Source: an uncultured candidatus Brocadiaceae bacterium (lineage in GTDB: Bacteria; Planctomycetota; Brocadiia; SM23-32). Taken from it: DNA of 33,225 nucleotides. The stretch is from assembly GCA_964442595.1 (NCBI GenBank), contig CAYUDW010000012.1:1-33225 (forward strand). Reading direction: 5' to 3'. Below, one piece after another: positions 1 through 13,664 of this stretch (its first letter is position 1; each line of letters begins with the position of its first letter). Both the position numbers and the translations under genes were made by a program. The notes below the pieces were generated by a model. That model was not told the DNA's origin. It worked only from the letters and a program-made list of their open reading frames with translations, and ran no database searches.

Positions 1-5
1 CATGG

Positions 6-1859
6 TCACTTCCGGGTCGGAAAGGTCATGGCTTCCATGTAGTGCGCCTGGAAGTCGGGGCGGGCGGCGAGCTCGACGTATTCGGTCTTGCGGCTGATCT
101 GCTCGGCTTCGGCGCGGCAGTCACGGCAGGCCAGCGCCGTTCTCGCCCCGGTCGCGGCCGCGTTGCCAATGAACTCGATGCGGTCGGTGGGGATGTTGGG
201 CAGCAAGCCGATGCGCTTGGCGTGCGAGCGGCGGATGAAGTTCCCGAACCCGCCGGCCAGCAGCAGTCTGGGGAGCTTGTCCGGATCGATGCCGAACACG
301 CTGGAGATCACCTCGATGCCGGCCCGGATGGCGGCCTTCGCAAGCTGGACCTCTCGGATGTCGCGCTGCGTGAGCAGGATGGCTTTGCCGGTCTTGCTCT
401 GTGCGGCCTCGACCAGGACGGCGCCCGGCTGATCCTCGAACGTGGTCAGCGCGCGGCGCAGGCCTTCCGGCAGGTCGCCGGCGTTCTGCGCGCTCAGGAT
501 GCGGCCGGTCTCGTCAATCACGCCGGCATCGAGCAGTTCAGCGACGGCGTCCATCAGTCCGCTGCCGCAGATGCCGGTTGCCCGGCCGCCGCCGATCACG
601 CTGGCTTCGATCTCCTCATTGACGACGACCTTGCTGATGGCCCCTTCGGTGGCCCTCATGCCGTGGTGGATTCGGGCGCCTTCGAAGGCAGGCCCGGCCG
701 CGCAGGAGCAGGCGATCAGGCGGTCGCGGTTGCCGATGACCACCTCGCCGTTGGTGCCGATGTCCACGCTCATCTTGACGTCCTCGTCCCGGGCCATCCC
801 GGCAGCCAGGATCATCGCGACCGTATCGCTGCCGACGAAGCCGGCGATGTTCGGCAGCACGTGGAGGTTCGCACTGCGGTTGACCCGGAGGCCGATCTCG
901 CGGGCCTTCGCGTCGACGGCTTCCCTGAGGACGGCCACGTAGGGCGCGTGGCCGATGGGGCCGGGGTCGACGCCGAGGAAGATGTGGCTCATGGTCGTGT
1001 TGCCGACGGCTGTGGCCTCGTATATGTCGTCGGGCTCGATGCCGGCGGCATCGCACAATTCGGCAATGATGTCGTTCAGGGAGGTCAGCAGTCGCTCGCG
1101 CATCCTGTCCAGGCCGTCCGGGTTCTTCTGGGCGTAGCTGATCCGGCTGACGACGTCATCGCCGAAGTGGATCTGCGGATTGGTGCGGCTGGCGACAGCG
1201 CGCGAGCCCGAGCGCTCGGCCCTCGCCAGGTTCGTCAGGGATCCGACGATGGTCGTGGTGCCGATGTCGAACGCCACGCCCCAGAGGCGGTCACTCGTAT
1301 CGCCGCCCTCGACGGACTGGATGTGGTTGTTCTCTAGCACGACGGTCACGCCCCCCCCATGCGTCCTGAGGATGTGGGGAAGGGCGCGAATGAGGGGAAG
1401 CTCGGCCTCCAGGCCCTCGATGCCTATGGCGTCCTTGAGCCGGTCGACGTCGCTGCGCTGGTCCTCGACCGTGGGCTCAGGCACGCTCACGAATTGCTTC
1501 CCCAGGTTCGGCCGGAAGGGGTAGGCGCGTCCCTCGCCTTCGGTAAGGATCTGTTGTTCGAAGAAGCGCGTCTCCTGCGGCACGGAGACGGTTATGGGGC
1601 CCTGGATTTCAAGCTGACAGGCCAGCCTCCATCCTTCGGCGATTCGATGATCGTCCAGGTGCCGGCGGTCCGCAGGGGCGGGCTCGGGGGCGTTCTCGAG
1701 CACCTCGACCAGGCACTTTCCGCACGCGCCCTCTCCGCCGCAGGGCTGGTTGAGGATGATGCCGGCCTGGCCAGCAGCCTCGACGAGCTTCGTGCCGCGC
1801 AGCACGAAGACACTGCGCCCCTCCGGCTGGAACGTGACCCGGCACGTGCCGCGTTTCAT
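6..1859 (-). CDS. 2Fe-2S ferredoxin domain fused to an ASKHA (DUF4445) domain; RACo-like corrinoid reductive-activase family protein
   Basis: Track ORF 6..2099 trimmed to the internal ATG (cat at 1857-1859, MKRGTCRVTF...) because the longer form overlaps the fusA 3' end. The N-terminus has a plant-type ferredoxin Cys pattern (QPCGGEGACGKC ... LACQ). ASKHA-type motifs AFDIGTTTIV, SVDIGTNGEVV and CAAGPAFEGA follow. Stop TGA at 6-8. An ATG lies 2 nt after the stop (window pos 3-1), hinting at a coupled downstream gene outside the window. Confidence 0.8.
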   Translation of the reverse strand: MKRGTCRVTFQPEGRSVFVLRGTKLVEAAGQAGIILNQPCGGEGACGKCLVEVLENAPEPAPADRRHLDDHRIAEGWRLACQLEIQGPITVSVPQETRFFEQQILTEGEGRAYPFRPNLGKQFVSVPEPTVEDQRSDVDRLKDAIGIEGLEAELPLIRALPHILRTHGGGVTVVLENNHIQSVEGGDTSDRLWGVAFDIGTTTIVGSLTNLARAERSGSRAVASRTNPQIHFGDDVVSRISYAQKNPDGLDRMRERLLTSLNDIIAELCDAAGIEPDDIYEATAVGNTTMSHIFLGVDPGPIGHAPYVAVLREAVDAKAREIGLRVNRSANLHVLPNIAGFVGSDTVAMILAAGMARDEDVKMSVDIGTNGEVVIGNRDRLIACSCAAGPAFEGARIHHGMRATEGAISKVVVNEEIEASVIGGGRATGICGSGLMDAVAELLDAGVIDETGRILSAQNAGDLPEGLRRALTTFEDQPGAVLVEAAQSKTGKAILLTQRDIREVQLAKAAIRAGIEVISSVFGIDPDKLPRLLLAGGFGNFIRRSHAKRIGLLPNIPTDRIEFIGNAAATGARTALACRDCRAEAEQISRKTEYVELAARPDFQAHYMEAMTFPTRK

Positions 1860-1956
1860 CCGAACGCCCTCAGTATGCAGGTGAGAAGCTGATCCCGGTT
1901 CGGGTCGAGACTGGATTGCTCCAGGACCCTGCAGGGCCCGAGAATAGGCATGCGGC

Positions 1957-4035
1957 TCAGGCGAAGTCAAGTGCCCCCGGCGGGGCGGGCCTGTACTCCA
2001 GCGGCTCCATCGTATGGGTGCCCCGTCCCTGCGTGAGGGAGCGCAGTCTTGTGGCGAAGCCGAATAGCTCGACCAGAGGAGCGACGGCCAGCAGCACACG
2101 GACGGCGCCGCGGGAGACGACCTCCTGTATGGCGCCCCGGCAGCTATTGATGTAGCTGATCACGTCCCCCATGTGTCCTTCGGGAGTTATGATCTCCAGG
2201 CGCATGAAAGGCTCGTACAGCTCGCAGCCGGCTTGCTCCAGGGCGCGCCTCTGTGCGGCTGACGCCGCCGCCTCGAAGGCGAGTTCGGTCGAGTCGGAGG
2301 GATGCGTGGCGCCGTCCAGAAGCGTCGCTTTCACGTTGATGAGGGGGAAGCCGTACAGGGGGCCCGAGGCGCTCTGGGTCAGTGCGCGCTCGACGGCACG
2401 GGCGAAGTGGAGCGACAGGACTTCTTTCGCCGCCCGGTTCTCGAATTCCAGGCCGGCGGCGCCGGGCGCCGGTTCGAAAGAGATCACCACGCGGGCGAAC
2501 TGGCCGTGACCTTCCAGTTCCCGCTCGAAGGTTTCGTCAACGGTGATCGGTCTCTGGATGCTCTCGCGGTAGGAGACCCGGGGCGGGCCCACGCGTGCGT
2601 CCACGTTGAACTCCCGCAGCAGGCGATCTCGGATTATGTCCAGGTGCAGCTCCCCCATGCCACTGATCAGAAGCTGCCCCGTGTTGGGGTCTACGGTCTG
2701 GCGGAAGGTCGGGTCCTCTCTGGCCAGTGCTTGGAGGGCCTCGTCCAGCTTCTTCCTATCCGCCTGTGTCTTCGGTTCAATGGCCATCGAGATGACGGTC
2801 TGCGGGACGTGCATCCGCTCGTAGACGATGGGGTCCCTCCTGTCGCAGAGGGTGTCCCCCGTAACCGTGACCTTGAGGCCCAGGGCGGCGACGATCGAGC
2901 CCGGTCCCGCCTCGTCCAGTTGCTCGCGCGAGTTTGCGTGCATGCGATAGAGGCGGGTGACGTTCTCCATTTTCTCCTGGTTGGAGTTGTAGACGCGGCT
3001 GCGCTCCCGAAGCCGCCCGCTGTAGACGCGGATGAAGTGCAGGTCCCCGTGCTTCCGGCCCTGGATCTTGAAGGCGATAGCGCTGACGGGTTCTTCTTCG
3101 CTGGCGCTTCGCCGGATGGTCTTGCCGGACTTCGGGTCAACTCCGGCTATGGGAGGCACGTCGAGGGGGGAGGGGAGGTAGTCGCAGACGGCGTCCAGAA
3201 GCTGCTGAATGCCACGGTTGCGCAGCGCCGCGCCGCAGAGGACGGGCTGGAGCCTTCCGGCGATGCAGGCCTCTCGCAGGGCCTTGCGGATGTCGGCGGT
3301 CGTGATTGGCTGTTCGGCCAGGAACTTGTCGCCCAGCCAGTCGACGTTCTCACAAAGCGTCTCGACCATGTGGGCCCGCCACTGCTCGGTCTGGTCGGAG
3401 TACTCGTCGGGAATCTCCTGCACTTCGTACTGCGCCCCCAGGGCCTCGTCTTTGAACAGGACGGCCTCCCGGTGCAGCAGGTCGATGACGCCGACGAAAT
3501 CGCTCTCGCCGCCCAGGGGCAGTTGCACGGGCAGCGGATGGGCACCGAGCCGCTGCTCGACCTCGGAGACGACGCGGAGGAAGTCACTGCCCATGCGGTC
3601 CAGCTTATTCACGAAGCAGATGCGCGGCACCTTGTAGCGGCTGGCCTGGTGCCAGACGGTCTCGCTCTGGGCCTGGACGCCTCCTACGCCGCAGAAGACG
3701 ACTACCACGCCATCAAGCACGCGCAGGCAGCGCTCCACCTCCATGGTGAAGTCCACGTGGCCCGGGGTGTCGATGATGTTGACCTGGTACTGCTCGCCGC
3801 GCGGGGAGGCATTGCCGTCCTGCTTGGTCTTCCAGAAGCAGGAGGTGGCGGCCGAGACGATGGTAATGCCGCGTTCCTGCTCCTGGGGTCTCCAGTCCAT
3901 GGCGGCCGTGCCCTCGTCGACGCTGCCCATACGGTGAACGCGGCCGCTGTAGTAGAGGACGCGTTCGGTGACCGTTGTCTTGCCGGCGTCGATGTGGGCG
4001 GCGATGCCGATGTTGCGGACTCTGTGCAGATCCAT
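1957..4035 (-). CDS. fusA: translation elongation factor G family GTPase (str-operon copy, divergent domain IV)
   Basis: 692-aa ORF starting MDLHRVRNIGIAAHIDAGKTT. G motifs AHIDAGKTT, DTPGHVDF and NKLDR are present, and GMGELHLDI is conserved. It lies directly downstream of rpsL-rpsG. Confidence 0.93.
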   Translation of the reverse strand: MDLHRVRNIGIAAHIDAGKTTVTERVLYYSGRVHRMGSVDEGTAAMDWRPQEQERGITIVSAATSCFWKTKQDGNASPRGEQYQVNIIDTPGHVDFTMEVERCLRVLDGVVVVFCGVGGVQAQSETVWHQASRYKVPRICFVNKLDRMGSDFLRVVSEVEQRLGAHPLPVQLPLGGESDFVGVIDLLHREAVLFKDEALGAQYEVQEIPDEYSDQTEQWRAHMVETLCENVDWLGDKFLAEQPITTADIRKALREACIAGRLQPVLCGAALRNRGIQQLLDAVCDYLPSPLDVPPIAGVDPKSGKTIRRSASEEEPVSAIAFKIQGRKHGDLHFIRVYSGRLRERSRVYNSNQEKMENVTRLYRMHANSREQLDEAGPGSIVAALGLKVTVTGDTLCDRRDPIVYERMHVPQTVISMAIEPKTQADRKKLDEALQALAREDPTFRQTVDPNTGQLLISGMGELHLDIIRDRLLREFNVDARVGPPRVSYRESIQRPITVDETFERELEGHGQFARVVISFEPAPGAAGLEFENRAAKEVLSLHFARAVERALTQSASGPLYGFPLINVKATLLDGATHPSDSTELAFEAAASAAQRRALEQAGCELYEPFMRLEIITPEGHMGDVISYINSCRGAIQEVVSRGAVRVLLAVAPLVELFGFATRLRSLTQGRGTHTMEPLEYRPAPPGALDFA

Positions 4036-4131
4036 CGGGCGGTTCCGCCTGCGAACTGTGCTGCCAAATGGACAGGGCAGCCCATGCCACCCCGCAGGCG
4101 GGGCGAATTGACTGCCCTGGCGATCTTCGGT

Positions 4132-4614
4132 TTATCTGCGCCGCAGCGAGAAATGGGCGAAAGCGCGATTTGCCTCGGCCATCCTGTGCGTATTCTCACG
4201 CCTCTCGTAGGCCGTTCCCTGACGCCGGTAGGAGTCAGTAATCTCGTCGGCCAGACGCAGGTGCATGGGGCGGCCGCTCTTGTTGCGGGCGGCTTCGATG
4301 AGCCAGCGGATGGCCAGCGAGATGCGCCGCTTATTGTCGACTTCGGTGGGCACCTGGTACGTCATGCCCCCCACTCTGCGGGAGCGGACCTCGATGATGG
4401 GGGCGACGTTGTCGATTGCCGTCTCGAAGATCTCCAACGGATCCTCGCTGCCGACACGTTCGGTCACCAGGTCCATTGCCTTGTAGAAGACACGCTCGGC
4501 CACGCTCTTCTTGCCCCGGTGCATCAGGCAGTTGATGAACTTGCTGACCAGCTTACTCCTGAACCGGGCATCCGGCTCCAGAAACTTGTCATTGAGATTG
4601 TACTGTGGTGACAT
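4132..4614 (-). CDS. rpsG: 30S ribosomal protein S7
   Basis: Track ORF 4132..4650 trimmed to the second Met (cat at 4612-4614; MSPQYNLNDKFLEPDARFRSKLVSKFINCLMHRGKKS...), which matches the usual S7 N-terminus. The C-terminus reads MAEANRAFAHF. Confidence 0.93.
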   Translation of the reverse strand: MSPQYNLNDKFLEPDARFRSKLVSKFINCLMHRGKKSVAERVFYKAMDLVTERVGSEDPLEIFETAIDNVAPIIEVRSRRVGGMTYQVPTEVDNKRRISLAIRWLIEAARNKSGRPMHLRLADEITDSYRRQGTAYERRENTHRMAEANRAFAHFSLRRR

Positions 4615-4670
4615 GCGTCGTTTCTTCCCTGTGGATGGGGCAAGGAGCACGCCCGCGGCGCTCGCCCGGT

Positions 4671-5042
4671 TTACGTGGTGCTCTTGGCTCCGTACTTGGA
4701 ACGGCTTCTCCTTCGGTCCTCCACGCCCATGGCGTCGAGGGTCCCGCGGATGACGTGATAGCGGACTCCCGGCAGATCCCTGACCCGGCCGCCGCGAACC
4801 AGGACTATATTGTGTTCCTGGAGGTTGTGCGACTCGCCCGGGATGTAGGCCGTGACCTCACGCCCGTTGCTGAGCCTGACACGCGTCACCTTCCGCAGCG
4901 CCGAGTTGGGCTTCTTCGGGGGGCGAGTGGTGACATACAGGCAGACTCCGCGACGCTGCGGACACTTCAGCAGGTCGGGGCACTTGCGCTTCTTCTGCTG
5001 TTTCTTGCGGCCATTTCTGACCAGTTGGTTGATGGTCGGCAT
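4671..5042 (-). CDS. rpsL: 30S ribosomal protein S12
   Basis: Track ORF trimmed to [14 protein letters not shown]... (cat at 5040-5042). The canonical S12 motifs [11 protein letters not shown] and [15 protein letters not shown] are present. Confidence 0.97.
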   Translation of the reverse strand: MPTINQLVRNGRKKQQKKRKCPDLLKCPQRRGVCLYVTTRPPKKPNSALRKVTRVRLSNGREVTAYIPGESHNLQEHNIVLVRGGRVRDLPGVRYHVIRGTLDAMGVEDRRRSRSKYGAKSTT

Positions 5043-5107
5043 CGGTTTTGTCTCTCTTAGCGATTCGGCGCGGTCTTGCACCTTCGGACTGACCAAGCGC
5101 CTATATT

Positions 5108-8100
5108 CTAGCTGGTCTCCGGCGGCGCTTCAAGCTCGCCCAGCACGGCAGGGGCTTCCAGGCGCTTGAGCTCCGATTTGTAGAACTCCGGGAAACCCGT
5201 GCCCGACGGTATCAAGTGGCCCAGAATGACGTTCTCCTTCAGCCCCTCCAGGGTGTCCACCTTGCCGGCCATGGCGGCACGGGTGAGCACGCGGGTGGTG
5301 TTCTGGAAGGAGGCCGCACTGATGAAGCTGTCGCTGAGCAGCGCCGCCTTCGTGATGCCCAACAGCACGGGTTCGGCTGCGGCGGGCTCGCCGCCCTGCT
5401 GCTGGATCCTCTCGTTGGTGTCGCGGAAGACGAACTTGTCCACCAGCTCCTCGGGCAGGAAGTCCGTGTCGCCCGGGTCGGTGACCTTCACCCGCCGTGT
5501 CATCTGGGCGATGATGATCTCGAAGTGCTTGTCATCGATGGTGGCGTCCTGCGTGCGGTAGACGTTCTGAGTCTCCTGCAGCATGTAGTTGTGCAGGGCT
5601 TCTTCGCCGCTGATGCGCAGGATGTCGTCCAGGACGAGCGGTCCCTCAACCAGGGCCTGCCCGGCGGTGACGTTATCGCCACGGTTGACGCGCAGGTGTT
5701 TGCCGGCCGGGACGGCATGCTCGGATTCCATCTCCGTGTCGGGGTCCTCGACCTTGATGACGGTCCGGCCGCGCCGACGCTCGATGTCAGTGACGACTCC
5801 ATCGATCTCGCTGATGACTGCCGGGTCCTTCGGCGTTCGGGCCTCGAACAGCTCCGTTACACGAGGCAGCCCGCCGGTGATGTCCTGGGTTCTCTGCACC
5901 TCGCGCAAGGTCCTGGCCAGGCGGATGCCGGCCTTGATCTTCTGGCCGTCTTCCACCTCAATGATGGCCTTTTCGGGCAGGGGATGGAGGCTGAGGATGT
6001 CGCCCTTCGGGCCCTCGATGAGGATCTGCGGATGCATGTCGCCCTTGTGCTCCATGATGACCTTGCGGGTGGTGCCGTGGGCTTCATCCCGCTCGACCTT
6101 GAGCGTCTTATTCTCGACGATGTCCTCGTAGCGCGCCTTGCCGCCGACCTCGGCCAGGATGGGCGTGAAGTGGACGTCCCACTGGACGATCTTCTGGCCT
6201 TGCTTGACGCTCTTGTCCTCTTCGACGAGCACTTCGGCGCCGAGTGGCACAGGGTGGCGGTCCAGTTCGCGGCCTTTCTCGTCGAGGATGACGATCTCGC
6301 CATGGCGGCTGATAGAGACGTGGCGGCCGTCAGGGTCCTCGACGACCTGGAGATCGACATGTTGGACGGTGCCAGCACGCCGGACAACCACCTCGCTCTC
6401 CTCGGTGCCGCCGATGGCGACTCCGCCGATGTGGAACGTCTTCATCGTGAGCTGCGTGCCGGGCTCGCCGATGGATTGGGCCGCCATGATCCCGCCGGTG
6501 AGGCCTCGCTCGGCCAGCTCCTTGGTAGCCAGGTCCATGCCGTAGCACATGGCGCAGATGCCCTTGCGAGTCTCACACGTCAGCGGGGAGCGGACGCGGA
6601 TCTTCATGCGCTCATCCAGGTGCTCAATCCGTCGGGCGATCTGCTCCGTGATGAGTTCGTTCTCGCGCACGATGACCTCGTCGTTGACCAGGTCCACGAT
6701 GTTATCCCTGGCGACGCGGCCGGTGATGATGTCGCGAAGCGGCACGGCAATCTTGTCGCCGCGCAGTACCGGCCCCTTGGTGATGCCGTTAGCGGTGCCG
6801 CAGTCCAGCTCTGTGAGGATAACGTTCTGGGCCACGTCGGCGAGGCGGCGCGTCAGGTAGCCGCTTTCGGCGGTTTTCAGGGCGGTGTCGGCCAGCCCCT
6901 TGCGGGCGCCGTGCGTGGAGCTGAAGTACTCCAGCACGTCCAGCCCTTCGCGGAAGTTGGCCTTGATCGGGGTCTCGATGATCTGGCCGCTGGGCTTGGC
7001 CATCAGGCCGCGCATGCCGCCAAGCTGGCTGACCTGGAGCGACTTGCCCCGGGCGCCCGATTCCATCATCAGGAACACCGGGTTCAGGTAGGGCTCTCCG
7101 TCCCGCTCGTCATTGGCCAGTTCGTCAAACATCTCCTTGGCGACGGCGTCGGTGGCGGCGTTCCATTCGTCGATGACGCGCTGGCGCCGCTCGACGTCCG
7201 TGATGGCGCCCTCGCGATAGGCCTCGGTGATCTTCTTGACGAGCTTCTCGGTCTCCCGCAGGATGTCCGCCTTGGTGGGGGGCAGCTTCAGATCCTGCAT
7301 GGCGAAGGAGATGCCGGCCTTTGTGGCGGCATGGAAGCCGAGGTCCTTGATGTCGTCGAGCATCTGCACGGTCTTCTGCCGCCCCAGCCGCTCGTAGCAA
7401 TCATGGATGACCCGGTTGAGGCCGCTGCTGGCCAGCGGGCAGTTGTAGAACGGCATGCCCTCAGACAGTATGTCGTTGAAGACGATCCGTCCAACGGTGG
7501 TCTCAAGCAGGCCCTCCGCGGGTTCAGGCGGGGCATCTTCCTGCTTCACCACTTCTTTGACGTCGGTGCGCACGCGCACCTTGCTGTGGCTGTCGAGATG
7601 GCCCAGGGCGTGGGCCATGTGGACTTCCGCCAGGCCGCTGTAAGTCTTGACGTTCTCCTGCTCCTGGCGGGGTTCAACGGTCAGGTAGTAGCAGCCCAGC
7701 ACGATGTCGTGGCTGGGGCCGATGATGGGCCGTCCGCTCTGCGGCGTGAACACGTTGTGCGGCGCCATCATCAGCGTCTTCGCCTCGAGCTGCGCTTCGA
7801 CGCTCAGGGGAAGGTGGACGGCCATCGCGTCGCCGTCGAAGTCGGCGTTGAATCCCTTGCAGACCAGCGGGTGCAGCTTGATCGCGTTGCCCTCGACCAG
7901 CACCGGATCGAAGGCCTGGATGCCCATTCTGTGCAACGTGGGGGCGCGGTTCAGCAGGACGGGGTGCCGCTCGATCACCTCGTCAAGCACGTCCCAGACC
8001 TCGTCCGTTTGCCTCTCCAGCACCTTCTTGGCGTTCTTGAGCGTGTCGGCCACGCCCTTCTCTTTGAGCTTGCGGATGATGAAGGGCTGGTAGAGCTCGA

Positions 8101-9208
8101 GCGCGATCTTCTTCGGGAGGCCGCACTGGTGGAGCTTCAGTTCGGGGCCGACGACGATGACGCTGCGGGCGGAGTAGTCGACCCGCTTGCCCAGCAGGTT
8201 CTCACGGAACCGGCCCTGCTTGCCCTTGATCATGTCCGTAAGGGACTTCAGTGGCCTGCTGCTGCTGCCCAGGACGGGTCGCTTGCACCGGTTGTTGTCG
8301 AAGAGCGCGTCGACGGCCTGCTGGAGCATGCGCTTCTCGTTGCGGATGATGACGTCGGGAGCATTCAGATCCAGCAGCTTCCTGAGCCTGTTGTTGCGGT
8401 TGATGATCCGGCGGTAGAGGTCGTTCAAGTCGCTGGAGGCAAAGTTGCCGCTATCCAGCAGCACCAGCGGACGCAGGTCTGGCGGTATGACGGGTATGAC
8501 TTCCAGGACCATCCACTCGGGGCGGTTGACGCTGTCTCTGAGCGCCTCGGCCTCGGTGAGTTGCTTGATGATCTTCTTGTACCGTTGCTTGGAACTGCAG
8601 TCCTTCAGCTCGGCGCGCAGCTCTGCACACAGCGTGTCCAGGTCCAGGTCTTCCAGGAAGTCGCGGATGGCCTCGGCCCCCATCTTGGCCACGAAGGCGC
8701 GCTCGCCGTACTCGCTGCGGGCGTGGAGGTACTCCTCTTCGCTGAGCAACTGCTTGTAGTCGAGGGGCGTGTCCTTCGGGTCGGTAACGGCGTAGTTCTG
8801 GAAGTAGATGATGCGCTGCAGGTCGGTGCTCTTCATCGCGAGCAGGTTACCCAGGCGGCAGGGCATGCTCTTGAAGAACCAGATGTGCACGACGGGAGCG
8901 GCCAGGGTGATATGCCCCATCCGGGAGCGGCGCACGCGGCTGTGTGTCACTTTCACGCCGCAGCGGTCGCACACGATCCCCTTGTGCTTCATGCCGCGAT
9001 ACTTCCCGCAGCTGCACTCCCAGTCCCTCTCCGGGCCGAAGATCCGCTCGCAGAACAGGCCGTCCCGCTCCGGGCGGTAGGTTCTGTAGTTGATCGTCTC
9101 CGGCTCAGTGACCTCGCCGTACGACCAGCTGCGGATATCGGCGGGGGAGGCAAGCGAGATACGCACTGCACTGTACTCATTGATTCTGTCGTAGCCGCTC
9201 TCTAGCAT
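5108..9208 (-). CDS. rpoC: DNA-directed RNA polymerase subunit beta-prime
   Basis: Track ORF 5108..9286 trimmed to [22 protein letters not shown] (cat at 9206-9208), with GGAGG about 10 nt upstream. Zn-finger CSCGKY...CDRCGV and catalytic NADFDGD are present. Confidence 0.97.
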   Translation of the reverse strand: MLESGYDRINEYSAVRISLASPADIRSWSYGEVTEPETINYRTYRPERDGLFCERIFGPERDWECSCGKYRGMKHKGIVCDRCGVKVTHSRVRRSRMGHITLAAPVVHIWFFKSMPCRLGNLLAMKSTDLQRIIYFQNYAVTDPKDTPLDYKQLLSEEEYLHARSEYGERAFVAKMGAEAIRDFLEDLDLDTLCAELRAELKDCSSKQRYKKIIKQLTEAEALRDSVNRPEWMVLEVIPVIPPDLRPLVLLDSGNFASSDLNDLYRRIINRNNRLRKLLDLNAPDVIIRNEKRMLQQAVDALFDNNRCKRPVLGSSSRPLKSLTDMIKGKQGRFRENLLGKRVDYSARSVIVVGPELKLHQCGLPKKIALELYQPFIIRKLKEKGVADTLKNAKKVLERQTDEVWDVLDEVIERHPVLLNRAPTLHRMGIQAFDPVLVEGNAIKLHPLVCKGFNADFDGDAMAVHLPLSVEAQLEAKTLMMAPHNVFTPQSGRPIIGPSHDIVLGCYYLTVEPRQEQENVKTYSGLAEVHMAHALGHLDSHSKVRVRTDVKEVVKQEDAPPEPAEGLLETTVGRIVFNDILSEGMPFYNCPLASSGLNRVIHDCYERLGRQKTVQMLDDIKDLGFHAATKAGISFAMQDLKLPPTKADILRETEKLVKKITEAYREGAITDVERRQRVIDEWNAATDAVAKEMFDELANDERDGEPYLNPVFLMMESGARGKSLQVSQLGGMRGLMAKPSGQIIETPIKANFREGLDVLEYFSSTHGARKGLADTALKTAESGYLTRRLADVAQNVILTELDCGTANGITKGPVLRGDKIAVPLRDIITGRVARDNIVDLVNDEVIVRENELITEQIARRIEHLDERMKIRVRSPLTCETRKGICAMCYGMDLATKELAERGLTGGIMAAQSIGEPGTQLTMKTFHIGGVAIGGTEESEVVVRRAGTVQHVDLQVVEDPDGRHVSISRHGEIVILDEKGRELDRHPVPLGAEVLVEEDKSVKQGQKIVQWDVHFTPILAEVGGKARYEDIVENKTLKVERDEAHGTTRKVIMEHKGDMHPQILIEGPKGDILSLHPLPEKAIIEVEDGQKIKAGIRLARTLREVQRTQDITGGLPRVTELFEARTPKDPAVISEIDGVVTDIERRRGRTVIKVEDPDTEMESEHAVPAGKHLRVNRGDNVTAGQALVEGPLVLDDILRISGEEALHNYMLQETQNVYRTQDATIDDKHFEIIIAQMTRRVKVTDPGDTDFLPEELVDKFVFRDTNERIQQQGGEPAAAEPVLLGITKAALLSDSFISAASFQNTTRVLTRAAMAGKVDTLEGLKENVILGHLIPSGTGFPEFYKSELKRLEAPAVLGELEAPPETS

Positions 9209-9311
9209 TTCCTTCGGCCTCCGATCAGTTGTTGTCTTTCCTGCCGAGTTAACTCGCCGGCGCAGATCCGTCCGGCCGCGGGGCACCGGTCCCGCCGCTG
9301 CGATCCGTCTG

Positions 9312-12971
<3,660 letters not shown>

Positions 12972-13168
12972 TCTCTCCCCGCCGTGATTAGGAAAAGCAG
13001 CCGACCCGATACGTGGCGAACCCGCCAAACTGGAGGAAGGCAAGGCACAAACCAGCCCCCGACGAAGATGCCGGCCTGAGGCACACCGCCAACACACGCG
13101 ACGGCCTGCCCTGGAACTGGCTCGTCGGCCGGCGTTCCCGCACTGGCTTCGTCTCTCCCGTTCTTCGG

Positions 13169-13591
13169 CTATTCCGGCTGGACTTCAGCTTCCGCCCCGG
13201 ACTCCGTGAGTGCCTGAGCGCACTTCTCGGCTTCCTCTTTGGAGAGGCCCTCTTTGATGGTGGACGGCGCGCTCTCGACGACCTCTTTCGCTTCCTTCAG
13301 AGCCAGCGTCGTCTCTGCCCGCACGGCCTTGATGACCTGGATTTTCTTGTCCCCAAAGCTCTTGAGCACCACTTTGAAGGAAGTCGGCTCGACCTCCTCC
13401 TCCGCCTCGGCCGCGCCCGCGGCTCCCGCCGCCAGCGGCGCCGCTGCGATAGCCTGGATGCCGAATCTCTCCTCGAACGCGCTGACCAGCTCGGACAGCT
13501 CAATCAACGTGAACTCGCTGATCTTGTTGAGTACGTCATTGACCTTCTCGGAGTACTCCTCCGTGCCTTCGGTTACCGTTGTCTCGGCCAT
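13169..13591 (-). CDS. rplL: 50S ribosomal protein L7/L12
   Basis: 140-aa ORF with an Ala/Glu-rich hinge and a C-terminal domain reading [24 protein letters not shown]. It carries roughly a dozen extra acidic residues at the N-terminus relative to the E. coli protein as I recall it. Confidence 0.95.
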   Translation of the reverse strand: MAETTVTEGTEEYSEKVNDVLNKISEFTLIELSELVSAFEERFGIQAIAAAPLAAGAAGAAEAEEEVEPTSFKVVLKSFGDKKIQVIKAVRAETTLALKEAKEVVESAPSTIKEGLSKEEAEKCAQALTESGAEAEVQPE

Positions 13592-13664
13592 TCTCCTGTG
13601 CCTCCTGAGATTGCGGCGCGGTTCGATGCGCCGGTCGACTTCGGATCCTCATTTGTTTGGTGCG

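Noticed and set aside
1860-2099. N-terminal extensions offered by the ORF track for the RACo-like gene, and likewise for rpsG, rpsL, rpoC, rpoB, tuf, smpB, fmt, dCMP deaminase, Gfo/Idh/MocA and GDPD
   Set aside because: The extensions overlap upstream genes or intergenic hairpins and are Arg/Pro-rich. They precede internal Met/Val codons that match the family-typical N-termini and have Shine-Dalgarno motifs.
2302-4611. 769-aa plus-strand ORF spanning the antisense of fusA, the intergenic spacer and rpsG
   Set aside because: fusA and rpsG happen to share the same frame, so the mirror frame stays open across both. The product is low-complexity, and the strongly supported genes lie on the other strand.
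5216-9205. 1329-aa stop-free ORF on the plus strand covering almost all of rpoC in antisense
   Set aside because: Its codons are in register with the rpoC codons, so a stop can only arise opposite TTA, CTA or TCA. Those codons are nearly absent in this GC-rich gene. The product is low-complexity and rich in Ala/Gly/Arg/Val/Leu/Asp, with no recognisable family. This is the classic GC-rich mirror-frame artefact.
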